From the IMG/VR virus record IMGVR_UViG_3300025072_000003: a stretch of DNA of 64,000 bases; one strand, given 5' to 3'. Position 1 is the first letter of the stretch. Every line of letters begins with the position of its first letter. The notes under the pieces are model-generated. The model had not been told where the DNA came from. It was given only the letters and a program-made list of their open reading frames with translations, and ran no database searches. A program made the translations under genes and the position numbers. Source of the DNA: an uncultured virus (IMG/VR IMGVR_UViG_3300025072_000003). Lineage: Duplodnaviria; Heunggongvirae; Uroviricota; Caudoviricetes. Positions 28,546-38,593 of this stretch are shown here, piece after piece.

Positions 28546-28982
28546 TCCTGACCAACAGGTGTTTTTTCATCCATCATTTTATCTAAAAGATTTTGAGCAG
28601 TTTTTTTCTTAGCCCTATCTTCTTCTAAGGCTTTATTTCTTTCATCCTCTTTTTCTGCCAGCATCTTTTGCACTTTGGCATCGGCTGATCCGCTTTTAAT
28701 GTTTACCTGTATGTTTTCCACCTTGATCGGCTTAGCATCAGACATTTCTTTTATCAAGTCTTGAGCGGTCGCCTTCTCTGGGATCATTTCATTTACAATT
28801 CCATCAAATGACTTGACAATGTTTGCGTCTGATTCATCGCCAAACAGTTTCTCAAATGCCACCAAAACCTGATTGACTGTAAGCGTGTGTTTGGTGGCAA
28901 TCGACTGGATCACATTAAAGGCACGCCTTTGATTGGCTCTATCCCACATTTTCTTCTCCTTCTTCTTTTTTCTTGCCGTCAC
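28542..28982 (-). CDS. hypothetical protein
   Basis: ORF in operon. Confidence 0.55.
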   Translation of the reverse strand: MTARKKKKEKKMWDRANQRRAFNVIQSIATKHTLTVNQVLVAFEKLFGDESDANIVKSFDGIVNEMIPEKATAQDLIKEMSDAKPIKVENIQVNIKSGSADAKVQKMLAEKEDERNKALEEDRAKKKTAQNLLDKMMDEKTPVGQE

Positions 28983-29538
28983 ATTTTCCTAAGTATTCAA
29001 GGATGATTAAATCGCCTTTTGTGACGCTTTTCTTAAGGACATCATCTCCATCAATTAAGTCAACACTATATCCATTGTCCTTGACAACTTTTACAACTTC
29101 AATTTTTGGATTCAACAGATCTTTTTTACAAATGGTGAGATAAAGCTGCCCTTCCATTTCTCCACGCTCGACAACAGGTGCGCAAGGAAGATCTGTAAGC
29201 AAAGTTTCATTGCCATCTACATCAACAACTGCCAAAAATACAAATTTATCTTTTTGCACGGATGTATGCATTGCCCCACTGGAATCAATTAAGTCAACAT
29301 TCCAGTTTGTCTCCTTCATGAACTTGACGATTTCAACCTTAGGCTTCATCAACTCTTCACGCCATAGGACCTTATAGCGAACGCCATAAGCCTTTTGCGG
29401 AATAGCAGGCTCACTTGTAATTCCAACCCCAGCAACTCTTTTTGGAATTAGACCTGCTGGTCTTACTGCCGGAGGGGTTGCTGTTTTTTGGAGGCTTTTG
29501 CCACCAATTTGCTTAGGTTTAAATGCCATCTTTACCAC
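28939..29538 (-). CDS. hypothetical protein with two internal repeats
   Basis: L.PK.E.VK..K...(W/Y).VDLID occurs twice. Confidence 0.6.
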   Translation of the reverse strand: MVKMAFKPKQIGGKSLQKTATPPAVRPAGLIPKRVAGVGITSEPAIPQKAYGVRYKVLWREELMKPKVEIVKFMKETNWNVDLIDSSGAMHTSVQKDKFVFLAVVDVDGNETLLTDLPCAPVVERGEMEGQLYLTICKKDLLNPKIEVVKVVKDNGYSVDLIDGDDVLKKSVTKGDLIILEYLGKCDGKKKEEGEENVG

Positions 29539-30089
29539 TTCTCCTGTTCAATGCGGATCAAAAACTCCACAGTCATTGCAAGGCGAGCGCCCATTGGCGC
29601 ACCACTATTTTTAAGGTTTAACAAATCTTGTTTGTCCATCAGGTGAATTTCAATATCCTCTGATGACTCTTGATGTTCTTTTGTAGGACTTCCCTCTACA
29701 TTTGCGAAGATAACAGAAACAGATTCATCTGTCATCCCGGCGGAGGAGAAAATATTTTCCGAAACTGATGTGATTTCGACAATCTCCATTCCAGTCTCTT
29801 CTTTAACTTCTCTTCGACCAGCTTGCTCAAAAGTCTCTCCATCGTCAATCAAGCCAGCAGGCAATTCATAAATAGCTTCTCCAATTGGCTTCCTGACCTG
29901 AGATATTACGAGCAACTTTTTTCGTCCGTCTGATCTGCGTCTTGGAATTTTTATCCCAACAACAACTACTGCATTTGCCTTTGAACGACCTGGACTAGCA
30001 ATTTCATCAAATTTATTTCTTGATGCAAAAAGCCACCCGTCACGGTCGTAAACATTCAACCATTTGGATGCAAAAAGTTCTTTTAGCAT
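29532..30089 (-). CDS. NUDIX hydrolase (ADP-ribose pyrophosphatase-like)
   Basis: YELPAGLIDDGETFEQAGRREVKEETG Nudix box; SSAGMTDE. Confidence 0.9.
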   Translation of the reverse strand: MLKELFASKWLNVYDRDGWLFASRNKFDEIASPGRSKANAVVVVGIKIPRRRSDGRKKLLVISQVRKPIGEAIYELPAGLIDDGETFEQAGRREVKEETGMEIVEITSVSENIFSSAGMTDESVSVIFANVEGSPTKEHQESSEDIEIHLMDKQDLLNLKNSGAPMGARLAMTVEFLIRIEQEKW

Positions 30090-30100
30090 TTTTCACTTTC

Positions 30101-30505
30101 TTAACTTTGCGAAACATTAACAACAACACAAACATACGATGCTACTATAAACGCAGTAACAAAACCCCACACAATTACATCTCTGTTTGAAGAAACCCAT
30201 CCATTAAATTTCTCCAACAGACTTTCTTCAAAGTAGATGACCTCATCTCTTGGAACTGGCTTCACAGCTTGAATTCCAGATGGTTCTCCACGCTGACCAT
30301 TGTATTTAATGTATGACTTTTGTTGCTCACTCTTTGCGCCGTACCAACTTGTCTTCACCACACGTTTGTTGTACACTTTTTCCATTACGTTTTCAGGCAT
30401 TGGAACATCGTTGAGCTTCAAGGCTGGACCAACACAACTCGCCATCTCTCTTTCGTCAAGCGTTTCTGTGTCTGACATCTCATCACCCTTGACTGTCTTG
30501 CTCAT
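30101..30505 (-). CDS. C-terminally anchored hypothetical protein
   Basis: C-terminal TM. Confidence 0.55.
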   Translation of the reverse strand: MSKTVKGDEMSDTETLDEREMASCVGPALKLNDVPMPENVMEKVYNKRVVKTSWYGAKSEQQKSYIKYNGQRGEPSGIQAVKPVPRDEVIYFEESLLEKFNGWVSSNRDVIVWGFVTAFIVASYVCVVVNVSQS

Positions 30506-30881
30506 TGTACGTTTTCTTTATCTCAGGATTAGAAAACACAATAATTGAATTGTCATCAACGCGAGTATAATAACTGTGAGCGATACGAGTTACTGCTATG
30601 CATCCACCAAGCAAACCCTTGTCTTCCATAGTTTTGCACCAAACATTGATTCTATAAAAACTCCCGCCCACAGGAAGAATGTCTGCCCTATACAAGTTTG
30701 GTGGATTTCCCAATTTTTCAAAAAGATTTTCTTTGATCAACTCAACATCATTTTCGATCTTCAGCTTTACGTCTTCAACTTCTTCTTCTTTGATGACCTT
30801 AGTGGAAGTCATAGTCATGGTGATTCTCCGTATATTGGTTAATGATTGTTGCCCGCCAAAATTGACGGGCAACAATTGCAC
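30483..30881 (-). CDS. hypothetical protein (start probably MTMTST)
   Basis: GGAG RBS before internal ATG. Confidence 0.55.
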   Translation of the reverse strand: MQLLPVNFGGQQSLTNIRRITMTMTSTKVIKEEEVEDVKLKIENDVELIKENLFEKLGNPPNLYRADILPVGGSFYRINVWCKTMEDKGLLGGCIAVTRIAHSYYTRVDDNSIIVFSNPEIKKTYNEQDSQG

Positions 30882-30885
30882 TTAA

Positions 30886-32829
30886 TTAAGACTTCTTCTG
30901 AGCGTGAACCGACACGCTCACCTTTGCTCTGTCAATATCATTTTTCTCGCAGAAATCTTCTACGTCAAAGTTATGATTTTGACCAATGTGACTACGATAA
31001 ACTTCTTCGACAGAATTTCTAAAATCCTGTGCTGTCACACCAGTTACGGCAGTGTCTTCGCTTTCCATATTTCTACGCATCGCCAAAGTAACGGCTTTTT
31101 GGACGATGCCTTGCACCATTGCACCAGAAAGTATGTCTCTCATATGCATGACATGATCTTCGGCACCGTTTTTAATTTTATACAAAGTTCTGCTTGAAGA
31201 AAATATGTCAGCAGTGGCTATTGCCGCGAAGTTTTGAATCAACTGATGACGTGCCTCAGAATAAGACTCATCACCTTTGTCTGGTTGTCCTTCAAGCGGA
31301 ACATTCTTGCTATGGATAATGAAATAATCCATGGCAGAATCCTCTGTAGGTCTGTCAACTTTGATGTGGGAATCGCAACGACCCTCACGGATTACGGCAG
31401 GATCTAACAATCCAGGTCTATTTGTTGCCAGCACCACGAACACATTTGATTCTTCCAGCCCATCCATTTCACTTAGAAACATTGGGACTGTCGTATCTGC
31501 AATATCGAATCCGCCCTCACGACGACCACGCTGAGGAAGAATGGCATCAGCTTCGTCAATAAACAGCAACGCTGGCCATCCATTCTTTTCGTAATGCTCT
31601 TTTCCTCTTGCAAACAAAGAACGAATGCTTGCTTCACTGTTGCCTACCCATTTACTCAAAAGTTCAGGACCTTTGACATAGATAAAGCCACTTGCCATAC
31701 CTTCTTCACTGCCATCGCCATGCAACTCGCAAAGCATGCTATGCATTGCTTTCCCAAGTAGAGTCTTCCCATTTCCAGGCGCTCCATGCAACAGCATTCC
31801 CTTTGATTGCTTTTTACCGTAAAGTTCATACAATTCTGCATGAGTGGTTGGATAAAGCAATGCTTCACGAATGGACACCTTAGCTTCCTCGCATCCAGCG
31901 ATGTCATCGAAAGTGACAGCTAATCTTTCAGAAACTTTATAACCATTATCTTCTGGAGGCAAGTGTCGAATCACACATGTAGCTGCCTTATCTAGTTGGA
32001 CTCTATCACCAACCTTTAATGGCACCTCCACAAGATTCATGCCATCAATAAGAGGCTCTACCTCAACTGCCAATTCAGCAACTTCTCCATCCTCAGATTC
32101 TACGTCTGGGATTTGCTCTGGCTCAACTTCCTCGTATTTTTTTGGTCCCGCAAGTACAATCTGCGTGTTACCATTAATTGCAACTTCGAGAGTGTTGTTT
32201 TCTAAAACTGCTGCGACGACTGCTATCTCTCCCATTCTGGAAACATCTGCCACACCAACAATTTGCTTAGACTTCATGTTGACTTTAACAGCATCGCCTG
32301 GGGAAATATCAAGACCAGGGATTCCGAAAACCTCGTAATGTTCTCCACCTGTGGCAACGACTACGTTTGTTCCGTCATCTTTCCCAATTAGTTTAATTTC
32401 CGCTTGCTCATCGACTCCAACTCTGAACAAACGACGCAATCCATTACTTAGCTCAACCTGGACCTTGCCTTCATCATCTGGCTCAGATTGCAAGACACCC
32501 AATTGCTGAAAGTATGCGCTTTCTGGATCAATGACAATGCACTTGTCTTCTGGAGTAAAACAACTTAGATCAATTTCGTTGTTAGCAGATACTACGTCTG
32601 CAATCAAACTTGCCTCGGTCATAAGAGCAATGATTTCATTGTTCTGCTTCTCAAGCTTGACTTGCATGTTCTCAATGTTGTCTCGCAATTCAGCGATCAC
32701 TCTATCACGAACATCAACTTCCTCATGATCTTGATCTTGCTCTCGCACTGGACCTTCATTTTCGTCCTGTTGTGCTGGGGGCATAGGTTGCTGCCAGTTT
32801 GGAATGTCTTGATTTTGTTCGTCGCTCAT
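30886..32829 (-). CDS. proteasome-associated AAA ATPase (ARC/Mpa-like)
   Basis: N-terminal coiled coil plus OB-like region, GAPGNGKT, KGPELLSKWVG, FIDEAD, FLSEMDGLE, ATNRPGLLDPA, SGAM. Confidence 0.75.
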   Translation of the reverse strand: MSDEQNQDIPNWQQPMPPAQQDENEGPVREQDQDHEEVDVRDRVIAELRDNIENMQVKLEKQNNEIIALMTEASLIADVVSANNEIDLSCFTPEDKCIVIDPESAYFQQLGVLQSEPDDEGKVQVELSNGLRRLFRVGVDEQAEIKLIGKDDGTNVVVATGGEHYEVFGIPGLDISPGDAVKVNMKSKQIVGVADVSRMGEIAVVAAVLENNTLEVAINGNTQIVLAGPKKYEEVEPEQIPDVESEDGEVAELAVEVEPLIDGMNLVEVPLKVGDRVQLDKAATCVIRHLPPEDNGYKVSERLAVTFDDIAGCEEAKVSIREALLYPTTHAELYELYGKKQSKGMLLHGAPGNGKTLLGKAMHSMLCELHGDGSEEGMASGFIYVKGPELLSKWVGNSEASIRSLFARGKEHYEKNGWPALLFIDEADAILPQRGRREGGFDIADTTVPMFLSEMDGLEESNVFVVLATNRPGLLDPAVIREGRCDSHIKVDRPTEDSAMDYFIIHSKNVPLEGQPDKGDESYSEARHQLIQNFAAIATADIFSSSRTLYKIKNGAEDHVMHMRDILSGAMVQGIVQKAVTLAMRRNMESEDTAVTGVTAQDFRNSVEEVYRSHIGQNHNFDVEDFCEKNDIDRAKVSVSVHAQKKS

Positions 32830-32870
32830 CTGTTTCTCCGAAATTCTTAAGTAGGTTGTTTGTTCAATTG

Positions 32871-32899
32871 ATTATACTTAAAATTGAACGATTTGTTAA
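32871..32899 (-). promoter_or_regulatory. promoter TTAACA-N17-TATAAT
   Basis: family member (TTTTAAG before -10). Confidence 0.7.
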
Positions 32900-33096
32900 C
32901 TACGTTTTCTAACTAATTTCTGAATCGCATTTTGTGCTTGTCTATCTTCGGCAGATCGAAGATCTTGATTTTGATTTTGCACTCGAACCCGCACCGGAAC
33001 TCGTGGTTTTGCAAACAACTTGAAAACCAAGAATATCGAAACGGCGAAAGCAATAAAAAATACTAATACACCCATAACACCTCTCCTTATGCCCTA

Positions 33097-33750
33097 TTAT
33101 ACTTCATTTTGACCCAATTGTAAACCATTTACAATAATTTGTTCATTCATCCAAAATTTACTAGTTTGCACATGGTCTTTTCTAACCATCTTCGCCACAG
33201 AATCGCTAAACTCGTCGTAAGGAAAGGAATTTGCCAGCCTAACCACGTACCCTTCTTGTTTCCCGCCAAACACAGATTCTCCCGTATAGCAATTCATCAC
33301 TTCTTTTTCGTCCCACAGACCCCTATACAGTGTTGGCGCTACTTCCAGATTGATTGAATTGCAAAAATCTACAGTTTCATCCCAAGACAGGCAGGTATTG
33401 TTTTCGTCATATGTTCCAAAAACATAAAAATAACTCGACAATCTTGAATAATGAATTGAATGCTTTGCGTAAACATTTTCTCCACAAACTCGCCATCCAT
33501 CGGGTATTGCATGTTCAATTGAACCGTGAATTCCCTTTACGAAATTTCGTGATGGGTGGTTTCTCGAATTCAATGAACGAGCATGATAATGACCGTTATA
33601 CATGCTCGAATTTTCTCCATCCAACTTTTCAGTTACTACAACCTCTTTGTTTTCAAAAACATTAATCGTTGGAAGTTTTTTGTCATCGGTGGTAACATGC
33701 TCGGACCATGGCAAATGAAGCGTTCTTGGATATTTGTGAAGATTCATCAT
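33097..33750 (-). CDS. RNA ligase family protein
   Basis: KYPRTLHLPWS, TEKLDGEN, CGENVYAKHSI, EGYVVR, AKMVR. Confidence 0.85.
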   Translation of the reverse strand: MMNLHKYPRTLHLPWSEHVTTDDKKLPTINVFENKEVVVTEKLDGENSSMYNGHYHARSLNSRNHPSRNFVKGIHGSIEHAIPDGWRVCGENVYAKHSIHYSRLSSYFYVFGTYDENNTCLSWDETVDFCNSINLEVAPTLYRGLWDEKEVMNCYTGESVFGGKQEGYVVRLANSFPYDEFSDSVAKMVRKDHVQTSKFWMNEQIIVNGLQLGQNEV

Positions 33751-34118
33751 CTAGCCTTAACTACACTTCCTGGCAAGCTGGATTTTATGCCTTCCACCAA
33801 AAGCAACTCTGGCAAAACTTTCATTTTAACTGACTTAATTTTCTTCCTCTTCTTTTTCATGTTTGCAACTCTAACCTCAGCTTCACGGATGATGTGATCC
33901 TCCATGGTCTTTGGGTTTTTCTTTAGTTGACCATTTGCAGAATCTTTAACTTTCTGTTGTCGCAATCGCCTTCGCTCTTTTTTTGACAATCCAACAAATT
34001 GCGTAATATCAGAATCTCTATCATCCTGTTTTTGCCTATTGCTTTGCTTGTCTTGCTTTTGCTGCTGCTGTTTAAGACGATTTCCTCTTTTCCTACTTCT
34101 TCCTTTTTTTCTTCCCAT
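33747..34118 (-). CDS. highly basic hypothetical protein
   Basis: K/R/Q-rich, coupled. Confidence 0.55.
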   Translation of the reverse strand: MGRKKGRSRKRGNRLKQQQQKQDKQSNRQKQDDRDSDITQFVGLSKKERRRLRQQKVKDSANGQLKKNPKTMEDHIIREAEVRVANMKKKRKKIKSVKMKVLPELLLVEGIKSSLPGSVVKAR

Positions 34119-34921
34119 TATTCTTCCTCTTCCTTATTTTCTAATATCGGGAACACTTCCACAATATCTTTGTATATTGAAGTCCAAGGACAATACGTAG
34201 CTTTGTATCCGCACTCTCTCAGAGAAGCCTCCATAGCCTTTCCCGCTGGATAGTTCAGTGAATGAACTACAATTTCATCAATTTTTGGTTTGTTGTCAAC
34301 AATCCAACGCACAACTTCACTTCCCGTATTCTTGTTTTTGGAGTCTACGTACACCTCTCCACCTAAATCATGATCCAAGAAAACCATATGCCACAATTCT
34401 TTAGTGCCAAGTGCTTCGATGCACTCTTCGGCAGTTTCAGCATATTTGCAATAAGGAACTTGACTTATAAACTTCTTTGTCCTGTTCATATCGTCATCTA
34501 AAAATAATACTTCCATCAAACCAACCTCGTATCTTCTTGGCAATTTAAAATTATAATTAGGCATTAGCTCAGCGACAAACCTTTTTCTAGCAACAGGATA
34601 ATTATCGAATTCACTAAATGCCTCAAGCAAAAGTCCGCTAAGGACAATTCCCATACTGTTGCATTTCATTTTAACAGATTTAACTGTTTCCTTTGACAGT
34701 TCTTCAATCGTGTCTATCCCAGCATCAGACAATTGATTGTAAATTCTCTCGGTAAGACCGATAGTTTCTGTCATTGTATATCTGTCTTCAAAAATATCAG
34801 TTTCGCTTCTTTTTGTGGAAATCACAAAAAACAACAATGGCTGAATTTCTGATACCATCCACCCTTCTTTTACCGCTAATTGAAAAACTTTTGATCCGCG
34901 AGTATTTTCTTTGAACATCAA
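34118..34921 (-). CDS. protein with C-terminal cyclic-phosphate-processing receiver domain
   Basis: LFLDDD..R, FLDHDLG, TGSEVVRW, IVVHSLN motifs. Confidence 0.7.
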   Translation of the reverse strand: MMFKENTRGSKVFQLAVKEGWMVSEIQPLLFFVISTKRSETDIFEDRYTMTETIGLTERIYNQLSDAGIDTIEELSKETVKSVKMKCNSMGIVLSGLLLEAFSEFDNYPVARKRFVAELMPNYNFKLPRRYEVGLMEVLFLDDDMNRTKKFISQVPYCKYAETAEECIEALGTKELWHMVFLDHDLGGEVYVDSKNKNTGSEVVRWIVDNKPKIDEIVVHSLNYPAGKAMEASLRECGYKATYCPWTSIYKDIVEVFPILENKEEEE

Positions 34922-35214
34922 TCTTCCACCTGAATTACTTTTCCAAAAATAGAATTTTCCCCAACCCAGCCGTTAATGCCTCCACGATTATTTCCAATTT
35001 GGTAACGACTTTTATCTTTTGCCTTAATTAAATGCACATAATGATTTCCTTTCACCTTACAAAAAACAATATCGCCAACAGATAGTTCGCCAATTTCTGG
35101 AGTTACTGTTATCAAATCTCCGCTATTAATCTTTGGCTTCATTGAATTTCCGCGAGGACGAAACTTTATTTCCTCACCATTACCAAGCTTCTCTACTTTT
35201 TCATTCCAATTCAT
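34918..35214 (-). CDS. S24/S26 peptidase-like protein
   Basis: RGNSMKPKINSGD, GDIVFCKV, IFGKV. Confidence 0.65.
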   Translation of the reverse strand: MNWNEKVEKLGNGEEIKFRPRGNSMKPKINSGDLITVTPEIGELSVGDIVFCKVKGNHYVHLIKAKDKSRYQIGNNRGGINGWVGENSIFGKVIQVED

Positions 35215-36017
35215 GAATTTCTCTCAATCCTAAAATCTATACTCCAGTGATTTGGAAAATACTTAGGTCGATTCCCTTCACACCTTTCAGTTGCAAAATC
35301 CCAAAAATGCTTTCTCCACACTTTTATAAAACTCTCAAGATCTTCTACGCTATCAATCTTAGAAATTACCGCTTGCCCTGGACGTATCACTTCTTTTAAT
35401 TTATGCGGAGGAATTAATGCAGTTCGCAGAGTTTCTTCTTTACAGTCGCCAAAAGCTTCACAAACAGCATCTTTCATGATACACAACCTATCTTCTGGTA
35501 TGGCGTCTCCATGTTTCATAATCGTGGCTGCATAACCTCTAGCCTTTCTAATTATTAGCGGTTCCAATATTCCGCTAATTCCAATCTCTTCAACAATGCC
35601 ATAATCATTATAAATTTTCTTCTTAAAAACCCCAGCAACTTTTTCATAATCATTATGACAATTTCCACAAAGCGGAAGTATGTCGTGATGGTTGCTTTGC
35701 TTTACGTGAGAAGGCATAAATCTCCTGAATCCATAAGGAACAACGTGATGAGATGTCAAGCCTTCTTCGCAACCACAACAAGAACACTGATTCTTTAATT
35801 CTTGTTCATAATATTCAATTCCACTATGCCCAGGTCCATTGGGTTCAAACTTCAATCTAATTGTCAAAGGGTCGTTTTTAATTACTTCAGCGAGATCTCT
35901 GTCTAAATACCATTTCGCACGTTTCTTTCCTATACGGCTCATAAATAAACCATCAGGGCGCAACATGACTCCGTTATCATAAACCACACCCCTTTTAGTA
36001 GGTCGTTTTGCGCTCAA
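35211..36017 (-). CDS. HNH-like protein resembling EXD2 C-terminal domain
   Basis: YDN..L.PDG, KRAKWYL, IRLKFEP, CSCCG, HHVVPY.FRR, NHHDILPLCGNCH. Confidence 0.7.
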   Translation of the reverse strand: MSAKRPTKRGVVYDNGVMLRPDGLFMSRIGKKRAKWYLDRDLAEVIKNDPLTIRLKFEPNGPGHSGIEYYEQELKNQCSCCGCEEGLTSHHVVPYGFRRFMPSHVKQSNHHDILPLCGNCHNDYEKVAGVFKKKIYNDYGIVEEIGISGILEPLIIRKARGYAATIMKHGDAIPEDRLCIMKDAVCEAFGDCKEETLRTALIPPHKLKEVIRPGQAVISKIDSVEDLESFIKVWRKHFWDFATERCEGNRPKYFPNHWSIDFRIERNS

Positions 36018-36874
36018 CGGCTCCTCCTATCGTACTTCGCCGTTCTTCTCAACAGATCCCTAGCTTGCTCGGCAGCTTGCGAACTACTCCTAACTACATC
36101 CACAGTCTTTTTAGGATATGCCTCTGCTGATCCTCCACGGATGAAGTCCTTGTTTTGTTGTTGATGTTCGTCTATTTTTTCCGATCTTTTTAATTCATTT
36201 TTGCCATGGAAAATCGAAAAGAACGTTAATATGCATGCCACCATATAACTTCCATTCAAAAAAGCAAAAATTGCAAGCGGAACCCCAACAATTAATCCAG
36301 TATAATATGTCACCTTGGCAGATTTGACGGCATGCATACCACACATCATTAAAATTGATTTAAGAATTCTACCTCCATCCATGGGAAATATTGGAAGAAG
36401 GTTGAACAGCAACAAAACGAGATTTATGGCAAAACACGCAGGGATCAAAACGCTTCCCACAAAGCCAGAAATCCCAACCAACATCAGTGACCCAAAAATA
36501 AAGCACCAGCCAACATTTGTCAATGGACCCCACGCAGTTATCCAAAAATCACGTTTGGGGTAATTGTACCTAGAGTCAATCTGTATGGTTGCCAAACCTG
36601 ATAGTGGATAAAGGACAATTGATTTTACTGGTATTTTATATCTTTGTGCAGATAACGCATGACCAAATTCATGGACCAAAACAAAAAAGTAAACCAATCC
36701 CAAATATCCAACAACCATCATCGCAGAACCAATACCGCTTGTCAATGATGTGTAAGCTGCGACTATAGACAAAACTATAAACATCCAGGGACTCAACGCC
36801 ACAGAAATTCCACTGTATGTGAAAATGTGTATAGGGTCTTTTTTAGTATTGAAAATTCTTGGAATATACATCAT
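36014..36874 (-). CDS. M50 site-2 intramembrane metalloprotease
   Basis: HEFGH, WGPLTN, FNLLPIFPMDGG, multiple TMs. Confidence 0.9.
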   Translation of the reverse strand: MMYIPRIFNTKKDPIHIFTYSGISVALSPWMFIVLSIVAAYTSLTSGIGSAMMVVGYLGLVYFFVLVHEFGHALSAQRYKIPVKSIVLYPLSGLATIQIDSRYNYPKRDFWITAWGPLTNVGWCFIFGSLMLVGISGFVGSVLIPACFAINLVLLLFNLLPIFPMDGGRILKSILMMCGMHAVKSAKVTYYTGLIVGVPLAIFAFLNGSYMVACILTFFSIFHGKNELKRSEKIDEHQQQNKDFIRGGSAEAYPKKTVDVVRSSSQAAEQARDLLRRTAKYDRRSR

Positions 36875-37422
36875 TTCACCAATTCTTCTAAGTCAATAGA
36901 TCCAACAAGATCTTCAACAGAATACACTGCTCTCTTTATCTTGTATTTTTCTGGGTTAGCATTAATGAAACCCTCAGCATGTTCTTGACTCTGGTTGTGG
37001 TAGATGTCATTAACGCTCGCCTTAAACTCTTTTAATTCTGGCAATCTCATCTCAGATTTAACGTCCAAAGGAGTTACCCAACCTATCCAATCACCATTGC
37101 CATCTAAGAAAACAGTGTCGGTGTAGTCTGAATATTTCCATTCTTTCAGATCGAATTCATCCTCACGAATGTAATCACGCCCCGCCATAAAAATTGATGC
37201 GCCACGGTGATGACCGTCATGGATGTAAATTTGACCATCTTCAAAAACAGATAATTTGAACAAAGGCGATGGCTCTATGCCTTTTGACTCTGCGTATGCA
37301 TCCAATACTTCACGAGTGAAAAATCCTCCACCCTTAACAAATTCTGTCATGCCAGGGATTTGCGCAAGATTGCGAGCATGGTCTTGTGTTACCATCAAAT
37401 CCTTCAATAGGATGTTATTCAT
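36871..37422 (-). CDS. ParB/Srx-like domain protein
   Basis: IYIHDGHHR motif; start moved to MNNILL, downstream of promoter. Confidence 0.6.
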   Translation of the reverse strand: MNNILLKDLMVTQDHARNLAQIPGMTEFVKGGGFFTREVLDAYAESKGIEPSPLFKLSVFEDGQIYIHDGHHRGASIFMAGRDYIREDEFDLKEWKYSDYTDTVFLDGNGDWIGWVTPLDVKSEMRLPELKEFKASVNDIYHNQSQEHAEGFINANPEKYKIKRAVYSVEDLVGSIDLEELVK

Positions 37423-37443
37423 GCATATCTCTCTTTCTCTTAC

Positions 37444-37472
37444 ATTATACTTCAAAATGTGCTATTTGGTAA
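37444..37472 (-). promoter_or_regulatory. promoter TTACCA-N17-TATAAT with TTTTGAAG
   Basis: family member. Confidence 0.7.
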
Positions 37473-37477
37473 GTCAT

Positions 37478-37507
37478 AAAAAAAAACGCCCCCTTTAGGG
37501 GGGCGTT
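37478..37507 (-). terminator. intrinsic terminator
   Basis: AACGCCCCC/GGGGGCGTT stem plus T run after sigma gene. Confidence 0.8.
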
Positions 37508-37531
37508 CAAGCAAAAAACATCCAATTTGTT

Positions 37532-38146
37532 CTAAAAAATCGCTTTTTCAAAAGAAGCAATCAGTTCCTTGTGTGTGTTTCTTATGTTTTCCAAAACTAC
37601 TGCTTCCAATTGTCGAATTCGCTCTCTTGAGAGTCCGTAAGAATCTCCAACTTCTTGCAAAGTCTTTCCTTTAAAAAATCTTTGCAACAATATATCTTTC
37701 GATCTTTCGTCTATCTTAATCCCCTCAAAAAGTCTTTCCAACAAACGATTTTTGTCCTTCAGAGAAATCCTTCTTTCGTTTTCATCCTCTAGAACCTCAA
37801 AATCATTCCCATTCATTGGATGCTCTTTATTATATCGTCTTCGAACCTTCCAACCTTTTATTATTTCATTCCTAACCACCTCATAAGCGTAGGTCGAGAA
37901 TTTAGATCCCTTATTCGGATCATAACCTTTATGCGCTCTAATAAGACCAATACAGGCATCTGAAAATTCTTCCGTGTCTTCTGTTTCAACCCCCTTAGGA
38001 GTAAACTTGTTTGCAATAAAAAAAGCAATCCCTAAATTATCCTCTGGTTTCGTTGATGCCGCTTCATTGACATCCTTCCATTCAACACTGTTTTTTCTAT
38101 ACTTAACTTCACGGTCTTCCGCCGAATCACAATATACAGCGCTCAT
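37532..38146 (-). CDS. sigma-70 family sigma factor
   Basis: IGLIRAHKGYDPNKGSKFSTYAY (region 2); KTLQEVGDSYGLSRERIRQLE (region 4). Confidence 0.9.
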   Translation of the reverse strand: MSAVYCDSAEDREVKYRKNSVEWKDVNEAASTKPEDNLGIAFFIANKFTPKGVETEDTEEFSDACIGLIRAHKGYDPNKGSKFSTYAYEVVRNEIIKGWKVRRRYNKEHPMNGNDFEVLEDENERRISLKDKNRLLERLFEGIKIDERSKDILLQRFFKGKTLQEVGDSYGLSRERIRQLEAVVLENIRNTHKELIASFEKAIF

Positions 38147-38167
38147 CTTTAGCTCCTTCTAAGCTTT

Positions 38168-38593
38168 CTATTTTTTATAATTTGCAAAAAATATTGCCAA
38201 GTCCCCAAATGCCAATTGAGCCTTTGGGTGCAAACTATCTTCTGGATGCACCCAAGCAATTGGGACGCCCATATCCATGTACTTAAGAGTCATATCAATA
38301 CGACCAACAGCATGTCTTACGCCAATGCCTTGATCTCTAAGAAAGTCTGGTGTTGTTTCCTCCAATCCAGGGAAAACAGTGAGTAGCAACTCTGGCGTCA
38401 ACGCATGATATGTCTGCGTTCTATCTGCATGATAAACGCAGACTTCAAGATCAAGCTTCAAATGGTTCGCATATTCAATGTCTTTTGTAAGGTTTGGATC
38501 TTTGAAAATCATAGTGATTGGCTTAGTTTCGATTTCCAAAACATCTTCACCCACAGATATTATTTCTTTATCGCAATTCATCTTAAACCCCAT
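38168..38593 (-). CDS. hypothetical protein
   Basis: HPEDSLHPKAQ resembles an ABC/AAA Walker B-D loop fragment. Confidence 0.55.
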   Translation of the reverse strand: MGFKMNCDKEIISVGEDVLEIETKPITMIFKDPNLTKDIEYANHLKLDLEVCVYHADRTQTYHALTPELLLTVFPGLEETTPDFLRDQGIGVRHAVGRIDMTLKYMDMGVPIAWVHPEDSLHPKAQLAFGDLAIFFANYKK

